Positions 49,531-62,144 of a stretch of 64,000 nt of DNA are shown piece by piece. This stretch comes from Dehalococcoidia bacterium. Lineage in GTDB: Bacteria; Chloroflexota; Dehalococcoidia; Plut-88900. The notes beneath the pieces were generated by a model. That model did not search any database, had not been told where the DNA came from, and worked only from the letters and a program-made list of their open reading frames with translations. The stretch spans positions 1-64,000 of the forward strand of contig CBDBLV010000005.1 in assembly GCA_965207225.1 (NCBI GenBank). Reading direction: 5' to 3'. The number at the start of each line of letters is the position of its first letter. Position 1 is the stretch's first letter. A program made the translations under genes and the position numbers.

Positions 49531-49536
49531 CTGTCT

Positions 49537-49611
49537 TGGTAGCGGGGGTTGGATTCGAACCAACGACCTTCGGGTTATGAGCCCGACGAGCTGCCACTGC
49601 TCCACCCCGCG
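49537..49611 (-). tRNA. tRNA-fMet (CAT), initiator
   Basis: 5' CGCGGGG, GGG-CTCATAA-CCC anticodon arm, TTCGAAT, encoded CCA. Confidence 0.97.
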
Positions 49612-49659
49612 TCGGGTGCCGAATAGAGAATTTGAACGTTCTGTACGTGTCTTAATGCA

Positions 49660-52796
<3,137 letters not shown>

Positions 52797-52850
52797 TACA
52801 TTAAGACCCGGACAGAACGTTCTTCTCTATTCGGTTGTTAATGTGCTCCT
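52797..52850 (-). promoter_or_regulatory. 23S processing stalk (pairs with 49620-49660) and boxA-like element
   Basis: cattaagac..acagaacgttc.ttctctattcgg complements ccgaatagagaa..gaacgttctgt..gtcttaatg; GCACATTAACAA boxA-like. Confidence 0.75.
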
Positions 52851-52983
52851 TAGACAAACAAGCGGCCCGATGTTCCTCAAGCCGCTTTTGAGTACTCATC
52901 AGGTTGTTGTGGGTTGTCAGTACGTCAATTTGGTGTGTGGCCGACTTTCTCGGCGGTACCTGTCTGTCTGAGGTGTAACGGGA

Positions 52984-53012
52984 AGTATATGATGCCCCTG
53001 GAAGGGTGTCAA
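52984..53012 (-). promoter_or_regulatory. Strong sigma70 promoter of the 23S-tRNA unit
   Basis: TTGACA-N17-TATACT about 190 bp upstream of the 23S 5' end. Confidence 0.85.
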
Positions 53013-53255
53013 GGCTTTCCCTTCCGGGTCCCCTGTACCGTGCATCGTCACCTCAGTCCAATTTTACTTCCCAAACTCGCACTAAATGCTATTGTAAACA
53101 CGGCTTTCCGGGACTATTGTTTCATGCGCTTAAATTCGGGGATTGGGCACATGGCGGAATAACCTGATTTCCGGGCGCCGAAAGGACGAGATGAACGGAA
53201 TAAGGGCCAGGGGTGGGGTGGTGGGGACCCGCGGGCCGCTGAGAGGCTGACAGAG

Positions 53256-54650
53256 ATGCCTGTCGGAGAGCTGGCAATGCTGCTAGCGGCGTTCATCTTC
53301 GCCGTGACGGCGGTCATCGATAAGCTGATGACTCGCCGGTTCAAGCCCCTGCCAATGTCGGCGCTGGCTGTCACGGGGGGTTCCCTGTTTGCGCTGTTGC
53401 TCATGTTCGTCACCGGGGAGGCATCAAAACTGCCCGACACCCCGGTGGCGTACCTGGCCCTGAGCGCTGCCGGTGCTTTCCTGGCCCTGTGCATCGGGAT
53501 GCCCTTCTACTTCCGGTTCCTGGCATCTGTGGACGTGAGCAAGGCCTCCCCGATCATGAGCGGATTGCAGGCGCTTCTGGCCGTGCTGATCGGTCTCTTG
53601 CTGCTGCAGGAAGACTCCTCCCCATTGAGGCTGGCGGGGATTGGGACAATCGTGGTGGGGATGTACGTGCTGACCTTCTCGCAGAGGAGGCAGGTGGAGG
53701 CATCCCAGGCGAAGTGGCTCGGGGTGAAGGGGGTCCTGTTTCTCGTGTTCATCGTGGCCACCTGGACCGGAGGCACGACCCTCCAGAAGCTGGCCGTCGA
53801 CGAAGCAGGGCCGATTCTGGTAAATGCAGTCAGGTTGGCCCCGGTGGTGCTGTTCCTTTCGATGATGGCGACAGCGAACATGGACTTCCTCCTGGGCAGC
53901 GACACCCGGGCCCGCAGCCGGTCCCCCAGGAGCCTGGCAGGTCGCAGGTCCAGGACGGAACAGCAGCTATCCAGCGCCATGAACCAGCTGTTTCGGATGC
54001 CGCGCCTGCTCCATGTGCCGTATTGGGCTAAGGCTCGGGCACCGATGCAGCCTGCGATGCGACACATACCGGCGCGAATCCGGCCGCCCGTATACTGGGA
54101 CCGGCTGGATAGCCTGGGAGAGAGCATTCGGGCCCTCGGTGGAGACTTCGTGCAGGTGGAGAGGGGTCGGGCCAGGGGCGGCCTTCGGTTTCGGATAGAT
54201 TTGCCCGGGGCCTACGCCCCGGAAGCCACCCTTACGGCCATGCCGGAGGTGGCGTCGGCGCGGTGGACGGGGCAGTGGGCGGGCAACCAGAGAGTCGAGA
54301 TAGCGCTTCATCCGCCGGATGGAGGTATTCGCGTGGGCCTGGGCCCGACCCTCGGGGGGGCGGGACCCATGATTGGATCGGGTAGAGTCAGGGTTATCAA
54401 GTTCGGAAGCAGGAGCGTATTGCCAATCCTGTTTCCCGTGCTGAGCGGTTCCCTGTCAATGGGTGTGGCGAGCCTTCTGATGCTCGTGGCCCTGGATAGA
54501 GTGGGGCTCGCCGTAACCCAGGTGCTCATGAGCACTCAGCTGGTCTGGATAGCGCTGATGTCGGCATTCGTATTGAGAGAGAGGCTGAGCTGGAAGACGC
54601 TGGCAGGGATAGGCGCGACGGTTCTGGGAGTAGTACTGGTGGTCCTTTGA
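53256..54650 (+). CDS. DMT/EamA transporter with large soluble insertion
   Basis: Two EamA repeats (LLLQE..., FVLRERLS) interrupted by a long hydrophilic segment. Confidence 0.85.
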   Translation: MPVGELAMLLAAFIFAVTAVIDKLMTRRFKPLPMSALAVTGGSLFALLLMFVTGEASKLPDTPVAYLALSAAGAFLALCIGMPFYFRFLASVDVSKASPIMSGLQALLAVLIGLLLLQEDSSPLRLAGIGTIVVGMYVLTFSQRRQVEASQAKWLGVKGVLFLVFIVATWTGGTTLQKLAVDEAGPILVNAVRLAPVVLFLSMMATANMDFLLGSDTRARSRSPRSLAGRRSRTEQQLSSAMNQLFRMPRLLHVPYWAKARAPMQPAMRHIPARIRPPVYWDRLDSLGESIRALGGDFVQVERGRARGGLRFRIDLPGAYAPEATLTAMPEVASARWTGQWAGNQRVEIALHPPDGGIRVGLGPTLGGAGPMIGSGRVRVIKFGSRSVLPILFPVLSGSLSMGVASLLMLVALDRVGLAVTQVLMSTQLVWIALMSAFVLRERLSWKTLAGIGATVLGVVLVVL

Positions 54651-54672
54651 ACAGGAGGATAGGGATTGCGGT

Positions 54673-55698
54673 TTGGGCATAGGTGAGCTGATGGCCCTGC
54701 TGGCTGCGGCGACAGTCGCCTGCAGCAGCGTCCTGAACAAGTACCTGACCCGAAGGATGGACGTGGTTCCTTTGAACGCCACGCGCACTACCGGCGCGGC
54801 TACCTTCCTCCTCATTCTCTACTTCGCTACCGGCTCCGCGAATGATCTTGCTTCCGTCGACTATGGAAGCCTTGCCGTGATAGTCGCGGGGGGACTGATA
54901 ACGACGCTTGTCGGGGACACGATCTTTCTCCGGTTTCTCCGCACCGTGGACGTTGCTAAGACAAGCACCATGGCCCAGGCTCTCATCACGCTGCTCATGG
55001 TCGGGGCAGGGGCTTTGCTGCTGAATGAGGAAGTTACCTGGCTTACGCTGCTGGGAACCGCACTGGTCATCGGCGGGATTTACTTGCTGGGCAGAACGGG
55101 AGCTTCGTCTGCAGAGCCGGGGAAAGGTCTCCTGAGTCCTGCGAAGTTTCTGACCCTCTTGTTCATCGTGTCGATTTGGGTCACGGGGGTTGGAATGATG
55201 CGGGAAGGACTGAGGGAGGTGGACCCATTCACTGGAAACGCGGCGAGGATGGTCGTGATATCGGCATTTCTGATTACTGCACTGGGGATGCAGCAGGGGC
55301 AGAAGCTCACGGCCGAGATGTCGGGGCACCGACGCGAGCGTCGGATAGCTCAGCCGAACGTTGCCTACCAACCCTCTCCCGAGACCCAGTACCCTCGACC
55401 CGCAATTACCATGCGTCCGGGCGCGGAGACTCGTGCGTTGCACCCGCGGGGACCGCAGCTCCACAAGGTAAACGTGGGCCTGGGGGTGCTGTCGGGCAGC
55501 CTGAGCCTGGGACTCGGGACTACTTTCATGTTCGTGGCCCTGAAGGAGACCGGGGCCGCTACTACCATGGTGCTGTTCAACGCTCAGTTCCTGATACTCG
55601 CGCCTCTGTCGATGATCGTGCTGCGGGAGAGGCTGAACATTAGAGCAGGCGCAGGGATACTGGTCACCATGGGTGGTATCATAATCGTTGTGATTTAA
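54673..55698 (+). CDS. DMT/EamA transporter with short insertion
   Basis: LLLNEEVT, IVLRERL; hydrophilic loop at the same position as in the upstream paralog. Confidence 0.85.
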   Translation: MGIGELMALLAAATVACSSVLNKYLTRRMDVVPLNATRTTGAATFLLILYFATGSANDLASVDYGSLAVIVAGGLITTLVGDTIFLRFLRTVDVAKTSTMAQALITLLMVGAGALLLNEEVTWLTLLGTALVIGGIYLLGRTGASSAEPGKGLLSPAKFLTLLFIVSIWVTGVGMMREGLREVDPFTGNAARMVVISAFLITALGMQQGQKLTAEMSGHRRERRIAQPNVAYQPSPETQYPRPAITMRPGAETRALHPRGPQLHKVNVGLGVLSGSLSLGLGTTFMFVALKETGAATTMVLFNAQFLILAPLSMIVLRERLNIRAGAGILVTMGGIIIVVI

Positions 55699-55734
55699 GG
55701 GGGTTTCACCCTCATCCCGACTCCCTTTCCAGCT

Positions 55735-56028
55735 ATGAAGACTGGCGTGTGCGTGATAAGGCTCCGACTGCCGGAGAACGGGTCCCTCAAGGGGAAGCGG
55801 CGGATAGTCAAGTCCCTGACGGCCCGGGCTCAGAACAAGTTCAACATCTCCATCGCCGAGGTGGACGACCTGGACCTTTGGCAAGCCGCTACCATCGGGT
55901 TCAGCTGCGTGGGCAACGACGCCACCTTCGTCAACGATGTCCTCTACCGTGTCTTGAGTTTCATAGAGGCCACCGCCCAGGACTCCGAGGTGCTGGACTA
56001 CCAGACCGAGCTCCTGGAGGTCTTCTAG
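55735..56028 (+). CDS. DUF503 (YlxP-like) protein
   Basis: SLKGKR..VKSL...KFNISIAEVDDLDLWQ. Confidence 0.92.
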   Translation: MKTGVCVIRLRLPENGSLKGKRRIVKSLTARAQNKFNISIAEVDDLDLWQAATIGFSCVGNDATFVNDVLYRVLSFIEATAQDSEVLDYQTELLEVF

Positions 56029-56051
56029 CGCCCCCGACCCGGTGACAGCAG

Positions 56052-58340
56052 TTGGACTCCAGGGACGTACTATCCACCATCAGGCGCCATCCCGACTACG
56101 ACGGGCAGATAGTCCACGTCCAGTCGATCCCCAGGAAGCAGCCTTCTTTCAGGATTGAGCGCACGAAGCTCAAGCCCGCGTTGGAAAGAGCCCTTGAGGA
56201 GTTGGGGCTGGACAGGCTTTTCTCCCACCAGGCCCGAGCCCTTGAATTCCTGGCCGAAGGCTCCAACGTTATGGTCGCTACCCCCGCTGCCAGCGGCAAG
56301 AGCCTGGTCTATAACGCCGCCGTGTTGACCCGAATCCTGGAGGAGCGGGCATCGGCGGCGCTCTACATGTTCCCGACCAAGGCCCTCGCCCAGGACCAGT
56401 GGCGGGCATTGAAGGAACTGCTGGACGCCGACAAAGGCCTGGGAAAGATTAACGTCAGCACCTTCGATGGGGACACGCCGACCGAGGAACGGGGTCGGGT
56501 GCGGAGATCGGCACAGATAGTCCTCACCAACCCCGACATGCTCCACTTCGGCATCCTGCCCAACCACAAGAACTGGAGCCGCCTGCTCAGCAAGCTGAAG
56601 TACGTTGTCATCGACGAGGCTCACGTTTACAGGGGCGTCTTCGGGTCCCATGTGGCCAACATCCTCCGGCGACTCCAGAGGGTGTGCAAGCTGTACGGCT
56701 CCTCGCCACAGTTCATACTCTGCTCCGCTACCATTGCGAACCCTAAGCAACATGCCGAGACCCTGGTTGGGCGGCCTTTTGAGGTTGTGTCGGAGGACGG
56801 GTCGCCCAGCGGGCACAAGACCTTCACCTTCTGGAACCCCCCGATCATCGACGAGGCCCGCAGCATCCGCCGCAGCGCCACCACCGAGGCCACTTTCCTC
56901 TTCACCAAGCTCGTGGCCCGGGGGGTGAGAACGCTGGCTTTCGCCCGCACTCGACGCGTGGCCGAGCTTATCTACATGTACTCCCGGGAGAGCTTTGACC
57001 TGACCATCCCAGAGCTGAGCCGGCGCATCAGCCCCTACCGGGCGGGCTACCTAGCCGAGGACCGGCGCCGCATCGAACGCGGTCTTATAGACGGTGAGCT
57101 TCTCGGGGTCTGTGCCACCAACGCCCTGGAGTTGGGCGTCGACATCGGGGACCTGGACGCTACTATTCTGACGGGATACCCGGGCACCATCGCCAGCGCG
57201 TGGCAGCAGGCGGGACGGAGCGGGCGGCGGGGGGAGGGGTCTCTTACGGTGATGATTGGTCAGGCCAACCCGCTGGACCAGTATTTCATGCGCAACCCCT
57301 CGGACTTCTTCGACAAGGCCCATGAGCATGCTTTGGTGTCACCATCCAACCCCTACATCCTGGAACCGCACCTGCTTTGCGCCGCCTACGAATGGCCCCT
57401 GGCCAACCTTGACCTCAAGCTGTTCGGGGAGGGGATGAAGGAGATTGTAGAGCGGCTGGAAGCCGAGGGTGCGCTGAGGGAGATGAGGGGTCGGTGGCAC
57501 GTATCCCCGGAGATCGACTACCCCGCCGAGGGAGTCAACATCCGCTCGGCGTCCAGGAGCAACTACCAGGTGGTGGTCGAGGGCACGGGCCGGGTCATCG
57601 AAACCGTGGACGAAGCCACCGCTTTCTCCCAGGTCCACCCGGGCGCCGTTTACCTTCACCAGGGGGAGTCGTTCCTGGTCACTGACCTCAACCTGGATAC
57701 AGGTCTCGCCTTCGCCCGGCCCACGGACGTCGACTACTACACCCAGACCAACCACACCACGGACATCCGCATAGTCCAGGTGGAAGAGGAGAAGCGGGCG
57801 GCAGGGGTGGGGGTGTACCGGGGATGGGTGGAGGTCTCCAATACCATCTGGGGCTTCAAGAAAAAGAAGCGCATCACCGAGGAGTTTCTGGACGAGGAGA
57901 TACTGGACCTGCCCTCGCAGGTCTACCACACGCAGGCTCTCTGGTTCGACATCCCTCAGTCTGCCCAGGACCGGATCATGAACGACCACGTCGACTTTCC
58001 CGGCGGACTCCATGCCGCCGAGCACGCAGCCATCGGCCTGCTCCCGATGTTCGCTATGTGCGACCGCGCCGACATCGGAGGACTCTCTACGCCCATGCAC
58101 ATGGACACGGGCCGACCCCAGATCTTCATCTACGATGGCCACCCCGGCGGCGTCGGGATCACGGAGAAGGGCTTCGAACTCATCCGGGAGCTCTGGCGGG
58201 CCACCCTGGACACCCTGGAAGGCTGCCCCTGCGAATACGGCTGCCCCAGCTGCATCCAGTCTCCGAAATGCGGCAACAACAACGAGCCCCTGGACAAGAC
58301 CGCCGCCCGCTACATTCTCGAGGCCCTGCTGGCGGAATGA
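56052..58340 (+). CDS. DEAD/DEAH helicase with DUF1998 (YprA/MrfA/SftH/Hrq1-like)
   Basis: ASGKS, PTKALAQDQ, DEAH, SAT, QQAGRSGR, C-terminal CPC..GCPSC. Confidence 0.95.
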   Translation: MDSRDVLSTIRRHPDYDGQIVHVQSIPRKQPSFRIERTKLKPALERALEELGLDRLFSHQARALEFLAEGSNVMVATPAASGKSLVYNAAVLTRILEERASAALYMFPTKALAQDQWRALKELLDADKGLGKINVSTFDGDTPTEERGRVRRSAQIVLTNPDMLHFGILPNHKNWSRLLSKLKYVVIDEAHVYRGVFGSHVANILRRLQRVCKLYGSSPQFILCSATIANPKQHAETLVGRPFEVVSEDGSPSGHKTFTFWNPPIIDEARSIRRSATTEATFLFTKLVARGVRTLAFARTRRVAELIYMYSRESFDLTIPELSRRISPYRAGYLAEDRRRIERGLIDGELLGVCATNALELGVDIGDLDATILTGYPGTIASAWQQAGRSGRRGEGSLTVMIGQANPLDQYFMRNPSDFFDKAHEHALVSPSNPYILEPHLLCAAYEWPLANLDLKLFGEGMKEIVERLEAEGALREMRGRWHVSPEIDYPAEGVNIRSASRSNYQVVVEGTGRVIETVDEATAFSQVHPGAVYLHQGESFLVTDLNLDTGLAFARPTDVDYYTQTNHTTDIRIVQVEEEKRAAGVGVYRGWVEVSNTIWGFKKKKRITEEFLDEEILDLPSQVYHTQALWFDIPQSAQDRIMNDHVDFPGGLHAAEHAAIGLLPMFAMCDRADIGGLSTPMHMDTGRPQIFIYDGHPGGVGITEKGFELIRELWRATLDTLEGCPCEYGCPSCIQSPKCGNNNEPLDKTAARYILEALLAE

Positions 58341-58343
58341 GAC

Positions 58344-59108
58344 ATGAAGGTTAGGATTCTTGGGGCGCACCAGCTCGAGACCCGGGACACGAGACTGACC
58401 TCGTTCCTGGTCGACGGCGTTCTGGCCATGGATGCCGGTAGCCTGACCTCGGGGCTGACACTGGCGGAACAGGAGTCTGTGAAGGCTATACTGATAACCC
58501 ACCACCACTTTGACCACTGCCGGGACCTGCTCACCTTCGGCCTGAACACCCGGGGCAGCACCACTGATGTCTACGCCTGCCCCGAGGTGCTGGAAAGCCT
58601 TTCGGCAAACCTCGTGAACGGGGCCATCTACCCCGACCACACCCTCTCTCCCGCGGACTGCCCATCGTTGCGATTCAATCCACTCATGCCCGGAGAAGAG
58701 AACAGAATCGGAAGCTATTGCGTGTTGCCTATGCGCGTACCCCACGGCCCCCCGACTTACGGCTTCCAGGTAACGGGCCCCGAAGGTCGGCGCTTCTTCT
58801 ACAGCGGGGACACGGGGCCCGGGTTTTCGCAAGGGTGGAGAGCTATTTCGCCGGACTTAGCCTTCATAGAGACCTCGTACCCCGACCGCATGGAAGACGA
58901 CGCCCGCTCTCGGGGCCATCTGACCCCGTCCCTCCTCGCCGCCGACTTGGATACAATCAGGCGAGAGTGTGGTGGACTCCCCAGGATTTGGGCCGTGCAT
59001 CTCAACCCCCGCTACCAAGAAGAGATCAAGGAAGACCTCGCGGCTGTGTCTCGGGAGTTGGGAATCGAGATAAAGGCCGCCTTCGAAGGGTTGGAGTTGG
59101 AGGTCTAG
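58344..59108 (+). CDS. MBL-fold metallo-hydrolase (class II cNMP phosphodiesterase-like)
   Basis: DAGS, ITHHHFDH, YSGDTG, GHLTP. Confidence 0.88.
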   Translation: MKVRILGAHQLETRDTRLTSFLVDGVLAMDAGSLTSGLTLAEQESVKAILITHHHFDHCRDLLTFGLNTRGSTTDVYACPEVLESLSANLVNGAIYPDHTLSPADCPSLRFNPLMPGEENRIGSYCVLPMRVPHGPPTYGFQVTGPEGRRFFYSGDTGPGFSQGWRAISPDLAFIETSYPDRMEDDARSRGHLTPSLLAADLDTIRRECGGLPRIWAVHLNPRYQEEIKEDLAAVSRELGIEIKAAFEGLELEV

Positions 59109-60236
59109 ATGGCAAATAGAAAGGGTGCATTCGTCTACCGGGACGCAATGTCGAGGCACGTGCTCCGGGACGACCACGTCTTCAAACCCGTGCGTCTGCG
59201 CTACACCTACGAGCTGCTGGATGATTTCCGGGCTTTCGAGGTAGAGAACGGCCGGCTGGTCGACCCCCGGCACGCCACCGACGAAGAGGTCCAGACCTTC
59301 CACACCCCCGACTACGCCGCAGCAGTCAAGTCTTTCAGCGAAGGCCGATTGCTGGTCGACCCGGGCCGCTACAACTTCAGCCAGTACGGCGACAACCCGA
59401 CATATCCCGGAATGTACGATGCAGCGACCCTGGTGGTCGGCGGGTCCCTGCTGGCGGCAGACATGATTGTCGATGGCGAGGTAGATGCCGCCTTCAATCC
59501 AGGCGGTGGCCTGCACCACGCCGCTGCCGGCTTCACGTCGGGCTTCTGCGTTTTCAACGACGCCGTGATAGCCATCAAGCGGATGGTCGAGCGGGGCATG
59601 AAGGTGGCCTACGTCGACATCGACGTCCATCACGGCGACGGCGTCCAAAACGCCTTCTACGACACAGACGCCGTGCTAACAATCTCAGTCCACGAATCCG
59701 GGCGGTTCATCTTTCCCGGCACCGGTTATCCCAACGAAACGGGTACGGGGTCGGGTACGGGTTACGCCGTCAACCTCCCCCTCGCCCCCTACACGGATGA
59801 CGAAATCTACCACGAAGCCTTCGACCAGATTGTTCCGCCCCTGGTCCATGCCTTCGCCCCCGACGTCATTGTCACTCAGCTCGGCATCGACACCTACCAC
59901 TCCGACATCCTCGGCCACCTGTACATAACCACGGAGGGCTTTACTACCGCCGTCCGGAAGCTGTCGGGGATGGCCGACCGGTGGCTGGCCCTCGGGGGAG
60001 GGGGATATGATGTGGAAGCCGTGGCCCGATGCTGGGCCCTGGCCTACGGGGTGATGCTGCAACATGAATGGCCCGACGAGACGCCCGCCTCCTACAGGGA
60101 GAGATCAGGGATCGAGACCCTGAGGGATGCCTCAGGGCCCAGGCTGGAAGAAGGAGACAGGGACAAGATAAGGGAGTTCGCCCAACGCAGTGTGGAGGAG
60201 GTGAAGAAGGAGGTGTTCGGGTATCATCGCGTGTAG
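59109..60236 (+). CDS. acuC: Acetoin utilization protein AcuC / histone deacetylase family
   Basis: GGLHHA, GFCVFND, DIDVHHGDG, GGGGY. Confidence 0.9.
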   Translation: MANRKGAFVYRDAMSRHVLRDDHVFKPVRLRYTYELLDDFRAFEVENGRLVDPRHATDEEVQTFHTPDYAAAVKSFSEGRLLVDPGRYNFSQYGDNPTYPGMYDAATLVVGGSLLAADMIVDGEVDAAFNPGGGLHHAAAGFTSGFCVFNDAVIAIKRMVERGMKVAYVDIDVHHGDGVQNAFYDTDAVLTISVHESGRFIFPGTGYPNETGTGSGTGYAVNLPLAPYTDDEIYHEAFDQIVPPLVHAFAPDVIVTQLGIDTYHSDILGHLYITTEGFTTAVRKLSGMADRWLALGGGGYDVEAVARCWALAYGVMLQHEWPDETPASYRERSGIETLRDASGPRLEEGDRDKIREFAQRSVEEVKKEVFGYHRV

Positions 60237-60254
60237 CACAGATTTGGAAATGCA

Positions 60255-61175
60255 ATGACAAACGTGAAATTTGGGCCCTTATACAGCCGGATACATGAGC
60301 TGGTTGGCATCAAGGAGTTCGCAGATACCACGGTGCAGATGGGCTTCGACGCCATCTGGGTCCCCGACACCCTGATCACCCGCGAGCACGCCCTGGACTG
60401 GACTCCCGTAGTCGGGGCTTTCGCCGAGCACACCAAGGACATCATGCTGGGCACCTGCGTTGTCGTAGTGCCCCTCAGGTACCCGGCTATCCTTGCCAAG
60501 CAGGTCGCAACTATCGACTACCTCTCCGGCGGAAGGTTAGTGCTCGGTGTCGGCGCAGGTCCGAGGACCAACCGCAATCTCGAGGCTACGGGTGTCGACC
60601 CCCGGGAGCGCGGCGCCCGCACCGACGAGGCCCTGGAGATATTGAAGGGCCTCTGGTCCGACGAGCCCTTCACCCACAAGGGCCGTTTCTACGATTTCGA
60701 GGATATGTACATGGAACCCAAGCCCGTGCAGAGGCCGGGCCCCCCCATTTGGGTCGGTGGGCATTCGGAAGGGGCACTGCGGAGGACCGGACGCTTCGGA
60801 GACGGGTTCATGCCGACATCTATTACGGCAGCGACCTATGCTCGTGCTGTAGTCAAAATCGAGCGTTACGCCGAAGAGTTCGGCCGGGACCCGAGTAGCA
60901 TCGTCCGCTCCATGCACCTGTCATTCAGGGTCGGGGACAGCGAGGCAGAGGCTTCCGCCCAGGCCTCGGAGGACATGACCAACAGGATGGGCAGACCAGT
61001 CAAGATACTGCCTCAAGATAGCGCCGTCGGGACGGTTGACGACTGCCTCCGGTCTTTGGAGCGCTTTATGTCCTGCGGCATTGAGCACATCGTCGTAAAC
61101 CCCATATGCAAGAGACCCGAGTTCATGGGCCAGATGGAGCTGTTCGCCACCCAAGTCATGCCCAGGTTCCAATAA
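60255..61175 (+). CDS. LLM-class flavin-dependent oxidoreductase
   Basis: IDYLSGGRLVLGVG, PKPVQRPGPPIWVGG. Confidence 0.92.
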   Translation: MTNVKFGPLYSRIHELVGIKEFADTTVQMGFDAIWVPDTLITREHALDWTPVVGAFAEHTKDIMLGTCVVVVPLRYPAILAKQVATIDYLSGGRLVLGVGAGPRTNRNLEATGVDPRERGARTDEALEILKGLWSDEPFTHKGRFYDFEDMYMEPKPVQRPGPPIWVGGHSEGALRRTGRFGDGFMPTSITAATYARAVVKIERYAEEFGRDPSSIVRSMHLSFRVGDSEAEASAQASEDMTNRMGRPVKILPQDSAVGTVDDCLRSLERFMSCGIEHIVVNPICKRPEFMGQMELFATQVMPRFQ

Positions 61176-61208
61176 GCACCCTCGAAAATGAATTTCAGGA
61201 GCGATTAA

Positions 61209-62141
61209 ATGCCCGACCCCAAGTTCGGCGTCATATACAGCAGGCTGCACCCCGTGGTTCCCATCCCCGAGTTCGCCCGGACGATTGAAGACTCCGGTTA
61301 CGACTCCCTGTGGGTCACCGAGGGCCTGGTCAACGAGATGCCCGCCCTGGACATCATCTTGGCCCTGGGTGCATTCGTGCAGCATACCCAAGGCATTACT
61401 GTCGGGACCTGCGTGGTCATTGCGCCCTTAAGGAACCCCGCCATCCTTGCCAAGGAGACCGCAACCCTCGACTTCCTCTCCGGGGGTCGAGTGGTGCTGG
61501 GGGTGGGAGTTGGAGGCTCCTCCAACTCCCGGTCCGATGCCTTCGACGTTTGCGGTGTCGATCCACGCCAGCGCGGCGCCATCACCGACGAAATGTTGGA
61601 GATCATGACCAAGCTCTGGACCGCCCGACCCGTCAGCCACGAGGGCAGGTTCCACTCCTTCGAAGACATAGAGATGGGCCCGGCGCCCGTCCAGAAGCCC
61701 CACCCTCCCCTCTGGGCCGGAGGTGAGGCCGAAGGTGTATTGCGCAGGGCGGCCAAATGGTGCCAGGGCTTCGTTCCTAGTAACCCGGGGGTGGAGGAGT
61801 ACGCGCGGCTTTGGGGTCGGATAGAGGGTTACGCCGACAAGTACGGCACCGATGCCTCCAGGATAACCCGGGCGGTGCACCTTTACTTCGCCATGGGTGA
61901 GAGTCGAGAGGAAGCGCGGGAGACGGTGAGGGCCACACTGGCGGAACGGTACGGTTACGAGCCGTATCTCCCCGACCCCCGCGCCATACTAATAGGCACC
62001 CCCGACGACTGCGCCCAGACCATCGAGGACCACATGAAGATTGGCATAACCCACTTCGTCCTCAACTGCGCAAGACCCCTCCCGGAGGTAAAGGGAGACT
62101 ACGAACGCTTCGCTGAGACGGTCTTGCCTCGGTTCAGGTAA
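61209..62141 (+). CDS. LLM-class flavin-dependent oxidoreductase (paralog)
   Basis: LDFLSGGRVVLGVG, PVQKPHPPLWAGG. Confidence 0.92.
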   Translation: MPDPKFGVIYSRLHPVVPIPEFARTIEDSGYDSLWVTEGLVNEMPALDIILALGAFVQHTQGITVGTCVVIAPLRNPAILAKETATLDFLSGGRVVLGVGVGGSSNSRSDAFDVCGVDPRQRGAITDEMLEIMTKLWTARPVSHEGRFHSFEDIEMGPAPVQKPHPPLWAGGEAEGVLRRAAKWCQGFVPSNPGVEEYARLWGRIEGYADKYGTDASRITRAVHLYFAMGESREEARETVRATLAERYGYEPYLPDPRAILIGTPDDCAQTIEDHMKIGITHFVLNCARPLPEVKGDYERFAETVLPRFR

Positions 62142-62144
62142 ACG

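Noticed and set aside
56052-58340. DISARM or Druantia defence system based on DUF1998
   Set aside because: Single Hrq1/YprA-type helicase with no drm/dru or methylase partners.
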